From the NCBI GenBank assembly GCA_964422715.1, contig CAYRCM010000010.1, forward strand, positions 7,569 to 71,568: a stretch of DNA of 64,000 nucleotides, read 5' to 3'. Below, piece by piece: positions 33,215 through 42,898 of this stretch. Under the pieces are notes generated by a model that worked only from the letters and a program-made list of their open reading frames with translations, was not told the DNA's origin and searched no databases. How positions within the stretch are numbered: position 1 is the stretch's first letter; every line of letters begins with the position of its first letter. The position numbers were made by a program, and so were the translations under genes. Source of the stretch: an uncultured Myxococcales bacterium (GTDB taxonomy: Bacteria; Myxococcota_A; UBA9042; PWKZ01; CAYRCM01).

Positions 33215-36200
33215 ATGGGGGTTTCGGGCATGGCCGCGCTGGGGGTCGCCTGCCGCCGCACGCGTTGCTTCGCTGTGCTGCTCGCCTGCGCGGCGCTGTT
33301 GCCCGCCTGTGGCACGAAGGAGGTCAGGCCGCACGTCGAGTTTCCCGACCTCCCGATGCCCTTGCCCGATACCGTGGCCGACGACGCCCTTGGGGCCGAC
33401 GCCCCGCGCGCGGGCGACGGCGCCTCCGATGCGCCGCGCGGCGACGCGCCCGGCCCCGCCGACAGCGGCCGTGGCGATGCGTCGGCCGATGCCGAGCGGG
33501 ACGACGGGGCCCAGGACCCCGACGCCGTCCTGCCGAGCGACGCGCCGAAAGACGACGGCGAGACCGGACCTGCCGACAGCATGCCGTCCGAACTCCCGCC
33601 GGTCTTCGATTTCGGTCCGCCGCCCGATCTCCCGCCGGTCTTCGATTTCGGCCCGCCGCCCGACGCGGCGCGTGACGTCCTGGCCGACGCCCCGACCGAC
33701 CTGCCCGGCCCCGGCGACACCGCGGCCGAGGCCCACGACATGCCGATCGCCGACGCCGCGCCCGACAGCGCCGCGGGCGACGGCGGCGTCTTCGATTTCG
33801 GCGATCTGGGGCCCCCGCCCGACGCCGCCGAGTTCGACGCGCCCCTCGACGCACCCGACGCCGCCGCCCCCGATGCGACGGCGTCCGGCGACGCTTCTGC
33901 TGACGCCGAAATGACGCACGACGCCCCCCCCGAGGCCGGCGACGCCCCGCTTGACGACGGCCCAAGCAGCCCCGACGGCCTGGTCGCCGGCGACCTCGCC
34001 GAACTGCGCGACGCCGACGGCCGCGACGCCGACGGCCGTGACGCCGCGTCCGACGCCGCAGACGACGGCGACCTACCCGACGCCGACGCCGACGCCGACG
34101 CGGATGGCCTCCGCGACGCCGACGCGCCCGCCGATGTCGAGCTGCTGGGCGACGCCGACGTCGCCGGCGACACCACCCTGCCCCCCGAATGCGAGCCGCC
34201 GCCGCCCCTCGTCATCAACGAGGTCGTGGCGTCCAACCTCACGGGGCTCCGCGACGAGGACGGCGACGCCTCCGACTGGGTCGAACTCTACAACGCCGGC
34301 CCCGACCCCCTGCCGCTCGGCGGCTACGCGCTCTCCGACGACCCCGATGAGCCCATGCGCTGGACGCTGCCCGACCTCGTGCTCGGGCCCGACGAATACC
34401 TGCTCGTCTTCCTGTCCGGCAAGGACCGGCGCCGCATCACGGAGCGCTGGGACACGCGCGTCACCCAGGGTTCGTCCTGGCGCTACCGCGCGGTCTCGGT
34501 CGAGCCCCCGCTCGACTGGGCCGCCCCGTCTTTCGACGACAGCGCCTGGCCCGAGGGGCCGAGCGGCTTTGGCCACGCCGACGGCGACGACGCCACGATC
34601 GTCAGCGGGCACACCCTCTACGTGCGCACGGTGGTGACGCTCAGCGAAGCCGAGCGCGCCGACGTCACGGCCGCGTGGCTGCACGTCGACTACGACGACG
34701 CCTTCGTCGCCTACCTGAACGGCCAGGAAGTGGCGCGCGCCAACATCGGGCTCGTCGGCGTGGCCCCGCTCTGGAGCGACTGGTCGTCGACCGACCACGA
34801 GGCCGTCATGTACGGCGGCGACCCGCCCCCGGGCTTCCCGCTGCGCACGGTCACCGATCTGCTCAGGGCCGGCGACAATGTGCTCGCGATCGAGCTGCAC
34901 GACGTGTCGACCACGTCCACCGACCTCACGCTGATTCCGTTTTTCACGCTGGGGTTCGCCCACGAGGGCCCGGGCGCGCCCGACCCGCGCCTCAGCGACG
35001 ACCTCGTCGCCGGCAACCTGCACGCCGACTTCGCCCTGTCGTCCGAGGGCGAGCAGCTGCTGCTCACGGCGCCCGACGGCTGCCCGGTCGACGCCGTGTA
35101 CACGGGCCGGCTCTACGGCGACGAGGCGCTCGGCCGCAGCGGCGACGGCGGCCCCGACTGGCTCTTCTTCCTGAGCCCGACGCCGGGCGCTGCCAACGCG
35201 CTCAGCGAAGGGCGCCCAGGCTTCGCCGAGACGCCGCGCTTCAGCCCGACGCCCGGCTTCTACCCCGACGGAACGGTCGTCGACGTGCACGTTTCGTCGC
35301 CCACGGCCACCATCCGCTACACGCTCGACGGCTTCGAGCCGCAGCCCGACGACGAACTCTGGCCCGGCCCGCTCACGGTGGCCGCCGACGCCGCGCCGCG
35401 CGTGCTGCGCGCCCGCGCCTACGAACCCGAGCTCTGGCCGAGCCGCATCGCGACGGCCAGCTACTTCACCGAGGCCCCGGGCCCCCTGGCCGTCCTGTCG
35501 CTCGCGACCGACCCGCCCAACTTCTTCGACACGAACCGGGGCATCTACGTACTCGGCCCGCCCGACTACCAGACCCAGGTGCCCTACTTCGGCGCCAACA
35601 TCTGGGAAGACTGGGAACGCCCGCTGCACCTCGAATTCTGGGAGCCCGACGGCGCTTACGGCTTCAGCGCCGACGCCGGCGTCAAGATCCACGGCGGCTG
35701 GTCGCGCTCGTTCGACCAGCGCAGCCTGCGGGTCCACATGCGGGCGGCCTACGGCATGCCGTACCTCGCCTATCCGCTCTTCCGCGAGCTGCCGGTCACC
35801 GAATTCTGGCGCTTCCTGCTGCGCAACAGCGGCAACGACTGGCGTGCCTCGTACCTGCGCGACGCGCTGTCCGCGCGCTTCGGTGCGGCCATGGGCCTCG
35901 ACGTCATGGCGTATCGGCCGGTGCTGGTCTACCTCAACGGCGCGTTCTGGGGGCTGCACAACCTACGCGAGCGCCAGGACGCGGCGTACCTGGCCGCGCA
36001 CCACGGCGTCGACCCCGACGCCGTCGATCTGCTCGAAGCCAATGCCCAGATCGTCGAAGGCGACTCGAACCACTACGTGGCGCTCCTCCAGTACTTGCGC
36101 ACGCACGACATGACGCAGGCCGAGGCCTACGCGTATGTGCAAACGCAGATCGAAACCGACAACTTCGCTTCCTACGAGATCCTCCAGATTTTCCTCGACA

Positions 36201-37399
36201 ACACCGACTGGCCGGGCAACAACATCCGCTTCTGGCGCCCGCGCACGCCGGCCGGACGCTGGCGCTGGCTGCTCTACGACACCGACTTCGGGCTCGGCAT
36301 CTGGGCCGGCTCGCCGAGCGACGACACCGTGGCGTTCGCGCTGCGCGCCGACGGCCCAGGCTGGCCCAATCCGCCCTGGTCCACCGAGCTGCTGCGCCGC
36401 CTCATGCAGAACCCCGAGTTCCGCCGCGACTTCATCAACCGCTTCGCCGACTGGCTCAACACGGGGCTCGCTCCGGCCAGCACGCGCCCGCAACTCGCGG
36501 CGATGGCGGCCGGCATCGAGGCCGTCATTCCGGCCCAGGCGGCGCGCTGGGGCGGCTCGCTCGGCGGCTGGCAAAACGAGATCACCGTCATCCACAACTG
36601 GCTCGAAGCCCGGCCGGCGCTGGTGCGCCAGCACCTCCTGAGCAACCTCGGGCTCAGCGGCACGCGGCAGGTGCGCCTCGAGGTCGAGCCGCCGGACGCC
36701 GGCCATTTCGCGCTCACGGCCGTGACCGTCGCCGCCCCGTACGCCGGCACCTACTTCGAGGACGTGGCCATCCCGGTCACGGCCGTGCCCGAAGCGGGCT
36801 ACGCCTTTGCCGGTTGGTCCGATGCGGATCTCCCCGCCGAGGCGCAGGTGTGGCTCGTGCCAAACGGTGACGTGACGCTCACGGCCTACTTCGAGCCGGC
36901 CGGCGAGCCGCCGCCGCCCGACGTGGTCATCCACGAGATCAACTACCACGCGGCGGCCACGTTCGACGTGGGCGACTGGGTCGAACTGCGCAACACGAGC
37001 GGCCTCGCGCTCGACTTGAGCGGCTGGACGCTCAGCGACGCGGCCGCCGAGTCGCCCTTCGTCATCCCCGCGGGCACCGAGTTGCCCCCCGACGGCTACC
37101 TCGTGCTCGTGCGCGACCGCGCGGCGTTCGTGCGCTTCTGGCCCACCGTCGCGCCCGTGGTCGGCGACTTCGCGTTCGGGCTCGCGGCCGCCGGCGACGA
37201 GGTGCGGCTCTACACGCCCACGGGCGCGCTCTACGACACGGTGGCCTACCGCAACACGGCGCCCTGGCCGTCCCTGCCCGACGGCGGCGGGCCCACGCTC
37301 GAACTGCGCGACCCGGCGCTCGATAATGGGCTCGCGGCGAGTTGGCAGAGTTCGCCGGCCCCGCACGGCAGCCCCGGAGCGCCAAACGGCAGCCCCTGA
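33215..37399 (+). CDS. giant secreted lipoprotein: Asp/Ala/Pro-rich linker, lamin-tail domain, CotH-kinase-family domain, C-terminal second lamin-tail domain
   Basis: Lipoprotein signal MGVSGMAALGVACRRTRCFAVLLACAALLPACG. A ~280 aa D/A/P low-complexity region carries VFDFGPPPD tandem repeats. LTD1: LVINEVVASNLTGLRDEDGDASDWVELYNAG..LGGYALSDD. Central region has CotH-family hallmarks (GVKIHGGWSRSFDQRSLRVHMRAAYG...LRNSGNDWRASYLRDAL...YLNGAFWGLHNLRERQD). LTD2: VVIHEINYHAAATFDVGDWVELRNTSGLALDLSGWTLSD. Confidence 0.75.
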   Translation: MGVSGMAALGVACRRTRCFAVLLACAALLPACGTKEVRPHVEFPDLPMPLPDTVADDALGADAPRAGDGASDAPRGDAPGPADSGRGDASADAERDDGAQDPDAVLPSDAPKDDGETGPADSMPSELPPVFDFGPPPDLPPVFDFGPPPDAARDVLADAPTDLPGPGDTAAEAHDMPIADAAPDSAAGDGGVFDFGDLGPPPDAAEFDAPLDAPDAAAPDATASGDASADAEMTHDAPPEAGDAPLDDGPSSPDGLVAGDLAELRDADGRDADGRDAASDAADDGDLPDADADADADGLRDADAPADVELLGDADVAGDTTLPPECEPPPPLVINEVVASNLTGLRDEDGDASDWVELYNAGPDPLPLGGYALSDDPDEPMRWTLPDLVLGPDEYLLVFLSGKDRRRITERWDTRVTQGSSWRYRAVSVEPPLDWAAPSFDDSAWPEGPSGFGHADGDDATIVSGHTLYVRTVVTLSEAERADVTAAWLHVDYDDAFVAYLNGQEVARANIGLVGVAPLWSDWSSTDHEAVMYGGDPPPGFPLRTVTDLLRAGDNVLAIELHDVSTTSTDLTLIPFFTLGFAHEGPGAPDPRLSDDLVAGNLHADFALSSEGEQLLLTAPDGCPVDAVYTGRLYGDEALGRSGDGGPDWLFFLSPTPGAANALSEGRPGFAETPRFSPTPGFYPDGTVVDVHVSSPTATIRYTLDGFEPQPDDELWPGPLTVAADAAPRVLRARAYEPELWPSRIATASYFTEAPGPLAVLSLATDPPNFFDTNRGIYVLGPPDYQTQVPYFGANIWEDWERPLHLEFWEPDGAYGFSADAGVKIHGGWSRSFDQRSLRVHMRAAYGMPYLAYPLFRELPVTEFWRFLLRNSGNDWRASYLRDALSARFGAAMGLDVMAYRPVLVYLNGAFWGLHNLRERQDAAYLAAHHGVDPDAVDLLEANAQIVEGDSNHYVALLQYLRTHDMTQAEAYAYVQTQIETDNFASYEILQIFLDNTDWPGNNIRFWRPRTPAGRWRWLLYDTDFGLGIWAGSPSDDTVAFALRADGPGWPNPPWSTELLRRLMQNPEFRRDFINRFADWLNTGLAPASTRPQLAAMAAGIEAVIPAQAARWGGSLGGWQNEITVIHNWLEARPALVRQHLLSNLGLSGTRQVRLEVEPPDAGHFALTAVTVAAPYAGTYFEDVAIPVTAVPEAGYAFAGWSDADLPAEAQVWLVPNGDVTLTAYFEPAGEPPPPDVVIHEINYHAAATFDVGDWVELRNTSGLALDLSGWTLSDAAAESPFVIPAGTELPPDGYLVLVRDRAAFVRFWPTVAPVVGDFAFGLAAAGDEVRLYTPTGALYDTVAYRNTAPWPSLPDGGGPTLELRDPALDNGLAASWQSSPAPHGSPGAPNGSP
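33593..33664 (+). repeat. perfect-to-near-perfect 36-nt tandem duplication inside the CotH-family gene (encodes LPPVFDFGPPPD twice; a third diverged copy ~33785)
   Basis: ctcccgccggtcttcgatttcggtccgccgcccgat is followed by ctcccgccggtcttcgatttcggcccgccgcccgac (2 mismatches). Confidence 0.8.
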
Positions 37400-37463
37400 C
37401 CGGCGCCGCGCCGCGCCGCCGCCGCCCGGCCGCGACCCGACCTGCGCCCCGCATGGAGGAAAC

Positions 37464-39683
37464 ATGTTGCATCATCGTGCGTTGCGGCTCTCAGTGCCGT
37501 TCGTCTGGCTGCTGGCCCTTCCGGTGGGCCTGGCAGACTGCGGCGGAGACGGCGGCGGCACCCCCGCGGGCGACACCGCGGCGCCGCACGACACGCCCGC
37601 CGCCCCGGACGGAGGCGGGGCGGGCGACAGCGACGCTGCCGGCCAACCCGACCTGCCGGCCGATGTCGGCCCGCGCGCCGACGGCCACGCCACCGACGCG
37701 GCGCCCTTGCCTGACGCGTCCGGCGACGTCGCGCTGCCCGACGGGGCCCCGGGACCCGACCTCGCACGGCCCGATGCGCCGACAGGCGACGCCGCGGCCG
37801 ACGTCCCCCCCGTCGATGTCGGGCCGCCGCCGCCCCCGCCCCTCTGTCTCACGGCCGACGAGGGCCCCTACCCGCTGGAATTCGTCGACGTCACCGAGCA
37901 ACTCGGGCTCGGCCGCGACGCGCTGCGCATCACCGGCAGCAACGTCACCGTCGCCGACATCGACGGCGACGACTGGCCCGACATCACGCTCACGAAGGGC
38001 TCGGCCGAGGCCGAAGACCCGGCGGCGCCGCGCGGCCTCTACCGGCTGCTGCGCAACACGGGGGGAGCCGGCTTCGAGGACGTCACGTTCACTTCCGGCC
38101 TGTTTGCGAAGCGCGACGGCACGCTCGGCCGTCCGACCACGTTCGTGCTCTACGGCGACGTCGACAACGACGGCGACGTCGATGCCTTCAGCGCCTTCTA
38201 CCAGGACGAAAATCAGCTCCAAAGCGCCGAACTCTCGTCCATTTTCCTGAACGAGGGCAATGGCCGCTTCGTGCGCGGGCCCGACCAGTCGTTTACGTCG
38301 GGCTACTGCGACCCGGTGTCGGGCGCCGCCTTTCTCGACTACGACCGCGACGGGCTGCTCGACCTCTACGTCGGCCATCACTACGGCCGCTACGGCTATC
38401 TGAACACCATGATCCAGGATGCCCTGCTGCGTGGCGACGGCGCGGGCACCTTCGCCGACGTGACGACCCCGGCGGGCCTCGAAACGTTCCCGTTCAGCGA
38501 GGCCCGGGCGGCCGACGGCACGAGCCACAGTGCGACCTGGGGGGTCACGGCCTGCGACGTCGACGGCGACGGCTGGACCGACCTCATGGCGGGCAACTAC
38601 GGCCGGGCATTCAACCGCTTCTACCGCAACGTCGCTGGAACATTCGAGAACCTTTCGTTTTCCTCGGGGTTTGCGGCGGATTCGAACCTCGACTACCACG
38701 ACAACCTGCAATACCAGTGCTGGTGCGAAGTGCACACCGACGACGCGGCCTGCCTCGATGCTCCGCCCCCGCCGTTCCGCTGCGATGCCGCCTTCCGCAA
38801 TTGGACCCCCGGCGTCGACGACCAGCCCTGGCGGCTCGGCGGCAACAGTTCCAACACCGTCTGCGGCGATGTCGACAACGACGGCGACCTCGATCTGCTG
38901 GCGGTCGAACTCGCGCACGATTGGGCCGGCCAGTCTTCCGACCGCACCGAACTGCTCCTGAACGAGGGCTTCCCCGAAACCCCCTTCGTGCGTCCCGGCA
39001 ACGCCGCGACGGGCCTCGACCGGGGCAACGACGGCTACGGCTGGAACGAAGGCGACCTCGGCGCCGTGATGGCCGACTTCGACAACGACGGGCGGCTCGA
39101 CATCTACCTCGCCGAGAGCGACTACCCGAGCACGTGGTCGCACCTCTTCCACGCGCAGGCCGACGGCACGTACGTCGACCGCGCGTACGCGGCCGATGCC
39201 CGGGTCTTTCGCGCGCACGGCATCGGGCTCATCGACTTCGACCGCGACGGCGACTACGACCTCGTGGTCGGCACTTCGCTCATGCGTTGGGAACAGGGCG
39301 ACTACCCGCCGAAACCCGACGACGTCTACGCCTACGTGCTGCGCAACGAGGTCGGCCAGGATGCCAACAAACTGATGTTCCAACTCCTCGGCGGGCCGGG
39401 CACGAACCGGGGCGCGGTCGGCGCACGCATCACAGTGCGGGCCGGCGGCCGAACGTTCGTGCGCGAGGTCCAGGGCGGCTACGGGCTCACCGGCTTCGAG
39501 CAAGACCCCCTGCAAATCGTGGGCATCGGCGCCACGTGCGTGGCCGACGAGGTCGTCGTGCGCTGGCCCGACGCGACCCTCGACGAGACCCGCCTCACCG
39601 GGGTCCCGGCCAACTACGTGCTGCGCATCGAACAGGGGCGCGCACCGACCTACCTGACCCTCGCCGAATTCCGCGCCCGCTGA
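37464..39683 (+). CDS. CRTAC1-like FG-GAP-repeat / ASPIC-UnbV-domain lipoprotein
   Basis: Signal MLHHRALRLSVPFVWLLALPVGLADCGG. Repeated Ca-binding DxDxDG loops in FG-GAP context (VADIDGDDWPDI, YGDVDNDGDVDAF, DYDRDGLLDLYVG, CDVDGDGWTDLMAG, CGDVDNDGDLDLL, DFDNDGRLDIY, DFDRDGDYDLVVG). C-terminal UnbV_ASPIC-like NRGAVGARITVRAGGRTFVREVQGGYGLTGFEQDPLQIVGIG. GGAGGA RBS. Confidence 0.75.
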   Translation: MLHHRALRLSVPFVWLLALPVGLADCGGDGGGTPAGDTAAPHDTPAAPDGGGAGDSDAAGQPDLPADVGPRADGHATDAAPLPDASGDVALPDGAPGPDLARPDAPTGDAAADVPPVDVGPPPPPPLCLTADEGPYPLEFVDVTEQLGLGRDALRITGSNVTVADIDGDDWPDITLTKGSAEAEDPAAPRGLYRLLRNTGGAGFEDVTFTSGLFAKRDGTLGRPTTFVLYGDVDNDGDVDAFSAFYQDENQLQSAELSSIFLNEGNGRFVRGPDQSFTSGYCDPVSGAAFLDYDRDGLLDLYVGHHYGRYGYLNTMIQDALLRGDGAGTFADVTTPAGLETFPFSEARAADGTSHSATWGVTACDVDGDGWTDLMAGNYGRAFNRFYRNVAGTFENLSFSSGFAADSNLDYHDNLQYQCWCEVHTDDAACLDAPPPPFRCDAAFRNWTPGVDDQPWRLGGNSSNTVCGDVDNDGDLDLLAVELAHDWAGQSSDRTELLLNEGFPETPFVRPGNAATGLDRGNDGYGWNEGDLGAVMADFDNDGRLDIYLAESDYPSTWSHLFHAQADGTYVDRAYAADARVFRAHGIGLIDFDRDGDYDLVVGTSLMRWEQGDYPPKPDDVYAYVLRNEVGQDANKLMFQLLGGPGTNRGAVGARITVRAGGRTFVREVQGGYGLTGFEQDPLQIVGIGATCVADEVVVRWPDATLDETRLTGVPANYVLRIEQGRAPTYLTLAEFRAR

Positions 39684-39814
39684 CGCCGGGCGGCCGCTCG
39701 GGGCCTCACAAAGCTTTTACAAACGTCTTGCATCGCACTGACCTCCTTTTTTCTCGTCGCGCGTACAACGGCAATGGGACCCCCGCAACGCTCTGGGGGA
39801 AAACGCCAACCGGA

Positions 39815-39829
39815 CGGCACGCGCCTGCG
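39815..39829 (+). promoter_or_regulatory. candidate sigma-54 (-24/-12) promoter element upstream of the VWA gene
   Basis: cGGCACGcgccTGCg against consensus TGGCACG-N4-TTGCW. It sits ~30 nt upstream of the ATG at 39859. Sigma-54 promoters are common in Myxococcota. This is a single-site match only. Confidence 0.25.
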
Positions 39830-39858
39830 GGCCATGCCGCGATCGAGGAGGTGCTCTC

Positions 39859-41196
39859 ATGGCCAGACACGCCACCATCGGCACTCGTCGTCTCTTCGGG
39901 CTCGTCGCTGCGTTCGCCGTCTGGGTCGGATTGGCCGAGTTCGCGTCGGCCGCCTCGGTGCAGGTCGACGTCAACTTCGACCACGCCGTGCTGCGCGCCA
40001 ACGAACGCCAGAGCGCCTATCTGCACGTCGGCCTCACCGGCCTCGGCACGGCCGGCCCGGCACGCCGTGCGCCGCTCAACGTGGCCATCGTCATCGACAA
40101 GTCGGGCTCCATGGCCGGCCGCAAGATCGCCCAGGCCAAGGAAGCGGCGCTCGCCGCGCTGAGCCAGCTCGGGCCCGAAGACATCGTGTCGGTCGTGGCG
40201 TACGACACGACCGTCACGGTCCTCGTGCCGGCCACCAAGGCGTCCGACCGCGCGAGCATCATTCGGGGCATCAAACGGTTGCGCGCGGGCGGCACGACGG
40301 CGCTGTTCGCCGGCACGGTCAAGGGCGCCGAGGAAGTGCGCAAGTTCCTCGACCCGACGCGCGTCAACCGGGTCGTGCTGCTGTCCGACGGGCTCGCCAA
40401 CGTGGGCCCGAGCACCCCCGACGCGCTCGGCTCGCTCGGCATGGCGCTGCGCCGCGAAGGCATCTCGGTCACGACCGTCGGCCTCGGTCTCGACTACAAT
40501 GAGGACTTGATGGTCGCGCTCGCGCGCCAAAGCGGCGGCAGTTTCACGTTTGCCGAAGACGCCGAAGCGCTCGTGCGGCTCTACCGCGACGGTTTCGGCA
40601 GTCTGTCGCGCATCGTGGCGAAGGGGCTCGTCGTGCGCATCGAACTGACCCCGGGCATCCGCCCCGTCCGCTCGCTCGGCTACGAAGCCGAAATCGTGGG
40701 TCAGACGGTCATCGTCCCCATCGCGCAGGTCTACGGCGGCACCACCGAACAGGTGGTCATCGAGGTCGAAACGCCGCCCCTGCCGGCCTCGCGGCATCGC
40801 ATCGGCACGGTCGACGTGCGCTACGACGAAGTGGGCTCCGAAGGGCGCGGCACGGCCCGCTACGATCTCGACGTGGCGTTCTCCGACCGGCCGAACGACG
40901 TCGAGGCGAGCGTCAACGACCGCGTCATGGTGGCCGTCGTGGAACGCATCGCGGCCGAGAAGAGCCAGACCGCCATCAAGCTGCGCGACAAAGGGCAGCT
41001 CGAGGCCGCGCGGCGCACGCTCAACGAGAACTCGGTGTTCCTCGACCAGAACGCCAAGCGCTTCGGCTCCTCGGCGCTGCGCAACCTGCAGCAGTTGAAC
41101 GACAGCGACGCGCAGAACATCGAAGGCGAACGCTGGAACGCGCAGCGCAAGCGCATGCAGCAACGGCGCATGTCGCTCGAGATCCAGGGATTCTAG
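39859..41196 (+). CDS. von Willebrand factor A (VWA) domain protein with signal peptide
   Basis: GAGGAGG RBS. Signal MARHATIGTRRLFGLVAAFAVWVGLAEFASAAS. VWA MIDAS motif LNVAIVIDKSGSMAG, with ..VVAYDT.. and ..LLSDGLAN.. Confidence 0.8.
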   Translation: MARHATIGTRRLFGLVAAFAVWVGLAEFASAASVQVDVNFDHAVLRANERQSAYLHVGLTGLGTAGPARRAPLNVAIVIDKSGSMAGRKIAQAKEAALAALSQLGPEDIVSVVAYDTTVTVLVPATKASDRASIIRGIKRLRAGGTTALFAGTVKGAEEVRKFLDPTRVNRVVLLSDGLANVGPSTPDALGSLGMALRREGISVTTVGLGLDYNEDLMVALARQSGGSFTFAEDAEALVRLYRDGFGSLSRIVAKGLVVRIELTPGIRPVRSLGYEAEIVGQTVIVPIAQVYGGTTEQVVIEVETPPLPASRHRIGTVDVRYDEVGSEGRGTARYDLDVAFSDRPNDVEASVNDRVMVAVVERIAAEKSQTAIKLRDKGQLEAARRTLNENSVFLDQNAKRFGSSALRNLQQLNDSDAQNIEGERWNAQRKRMQQRRMSLEIQGF

Positions 41197-41260
41197 TCGG
41201 GGCCCGGCGCGGCCCGCGGGCCGGGCGCGCCGAGGGCCCGCACCGAACGGGGCAGCACCG

Positions 41261-42898
41261 GTGAAACTCCCGCCGCGTTTCGTCTGGGTCCTCGTCGGCC
41301 TCGTCACCCTGCCGCTCGCCACTCTCGGCCTGTTTGCCGCACGCCTCATCAGCGACCAGCAGCACCTGACGCGCGCCCGCACGAGCGACGAACTCCAGGA
41401 GCGCCTGAAGCCGATGGCCGCGCTCGTCGAACGCCGCGTGCAGGAACGCGCCCGCGAATTCGGGGCGCTCGCGAGCCGCCTGCCGGCCGACGCGGAGGGC
41501 ATTCGGCGGGAGTTGCGTGCGACCCCGTCCGTCGGCGGCGCACTGGTCGTGGAACGCCGCGGCCGACGGCTCTTCCCGCCGCTCGACGGGCCGACGAGCG
41601 ACGCCGAACGCGCGTTTCTCTCGCGCACCGAACCCCTCTGGCGGGACGGGGGGCTCGCGGGTCTGGCGTCGGGGGCCGGCGGCAGCGAAGGCGCCGCTGC
41701 GGCGCAGGGCTGGCACGGCTTCTACCACGGCGGCGGGCTCCGCCTCGTGTTCTGGCGCACCCGCGGCGAACGCGTCGTGGCCATCGAGTGGGACCGCATG
41801 CAGATGCTGGCCGACCTCGTCGCCGCCCTGCCCGCCACCACCGGCGACACCCCGCTCGCCCTCACCACGCGCACGGCGTTGCTCGATGCGGCGGGCGATG
41901 TGCAGTACGCCTGGGGCGGCTTCGAGCCGGCGCCGCACGTGCCGCCCGCGGCCAACCTGGCGCTCGCGCCGCCGCTTGGCGGCTTCCGGCTCGTGCTGTG
42001 GGCCCCGCCCGCCATGCTCACCGCGCCGTGGCTCGGCAGCGCGGCCTTCGGCATCAGCCTGGCGCTCGGGGCGGTGGCCATCGCGCTCATCGGGCTGGCG
42101 CTCTATCTGGCCCGCGAACGCACGCGGGAACTGCGCCTCACGAGCCAGCGGGTGGCCTTCGTGAGTCAGGTCTCCCATGAGTTGAAGACCCCGCTCACCA
42201 ACATCCAACTCTATGCCGAGATCGTGGCGGCCGACCTCGACGCGCGCGACGACGAGGGCACAAGCCGCGACCGGGCCCACCTTGCGGTCATCGTGGCCGA
42301 AAGCCAGCGGCTGTCGCGGCTCATCACGAACGTGCTCACGTTGACGCGCGGGCAGCAGGGCCGGTTGCGGCTGCACCGCACGCGCGGGGTCGTCGACGAG
42401 GCCATTCGCGACGCCCTGACGGCGCTGAGCCCGTCGCTCGCGGCGCGCGGCATCGCACTGCATTTCGCCGCGGGTGCGCCCCGCCCCGTGCACTTCGATG
42501 CCGACGCTGTGCAACAGATCCTGGCGAATCTGCTCAGCAACGTCGAGAAGTACGCGGCGAGCGGCAAGCGGGCCGAGATCGAGAGTTGCCAGTCCGGCGC
42601 GGTCACGACGGTCGTCGTGCGCGACCACGGCCCGGGCATTCCGCCGAAGCACTGGCAGCGCGTGTTCGAGCCGTTTCAGCGGCTCAGCGACCGGCTCACC
42701 GACGGGGTGGCCGGTACGGGCATCGGCCTCGACATCGCGCGCCGGCTCGCCCGGCTCCACGGCGGCGACCTGCGGCTCATCCCGACCGCCGCGGGGGCCG
42801 CCTTCGAACTCACGCTCGCAACCCCGCCGGCCGACGAAGCCGGGTCGCCCGGGGAGCCTGCCCTTGCGGGGCGAGCCGGCGACCAGGAGGCGCCGTGA
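41261..42898 (+). CDS. sensor histidine kinase (two TM helices, periplasmic sensor, HisKA + HATPase_c)
   Basis: GTG start. TM1 VWVLVGLVTLPLATLGLFAARL, TM2 LGSAAFGISLALGAVAIALIGLALYL. H-box FVSQVSHELKTPLTNIQLY, N-box ILANLLSNVEKYA, G1 VVVRDHGPGIP, G2 GTGIGLDIARRLARLHGG. Confidence 0.82.
   Translation: MKLPPRFVWVLVGLVTLPLATLGLFAARLISDQQHLTRARTSDELQERLKPMAALVERRVQERAREFGALASRLPADAEGIRRELRATPSVGGALVVERRGRRLFPPLDGPTSDAERAFLSRTEPLWRDGGLAGLASGAGGSEGAAAAQGWHGFYHGGGLRLVFWRTRGERVVAIEWDRMQMLADLVAALPATTGDTPLALTTRTALLDAAGDVQYAWGGFEPAPHVPPAANLALAPPLGGFRLVLWAPPAMLTAPWLGSAAFGISLALGAVAIALIGLALYLARERTRELRLTSQRVAFVSQVSHELKTPLTNIQLYAEIVAADLDARDDEGTSRDRAHLAVIVAESQRLSRLITNVLTLTRGQQGRLRLHRTRGVVDEAIRDALTALSPSLAARGIALHFAAGAPRPVHFDADAVQQILANLLSNVEKYAASGKRAEIESCQSGAVTTVVVRDHGPGIPPKHWQRVFEPFQRLSDRLTDGVAGTGIGLDIARRLARLHGGDLRLIPTAAGAAFELTLATPPADEAGSPGEPALAGRAGDQEAP

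Noticed and set aside
30602-33919. 1105-aa minus ORF antisense to the aspartokinase/homoserine dehydrogenase gene
   Set aside because: Ghost ORF. The plus strand carries the VFKFGGSSV aspartokinase signature.
34073-39515. Minus-strand ORFs (34073..35959, 35963..37465, 37491..39515) opposite the CotH-like and FG-GAP genes
   Set aside because: Antisense shadows with R/G-rich translations.
39650-39728. 27-codon minus-strand mini-ORF (MQDVCKSFVRPRAAARRQRARNSARVR) with a perfect AAGGAGGT RBS, overlapping the 3' end of the FG-GAP gene
   Set aside because: Too short, Arg-rich, and it overlaps a real gene end. The A/T-rich patch giving the SD more likely belongs to the promoter/terminator region between the FG-GAP and VWA genes. 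Kept only as a note.
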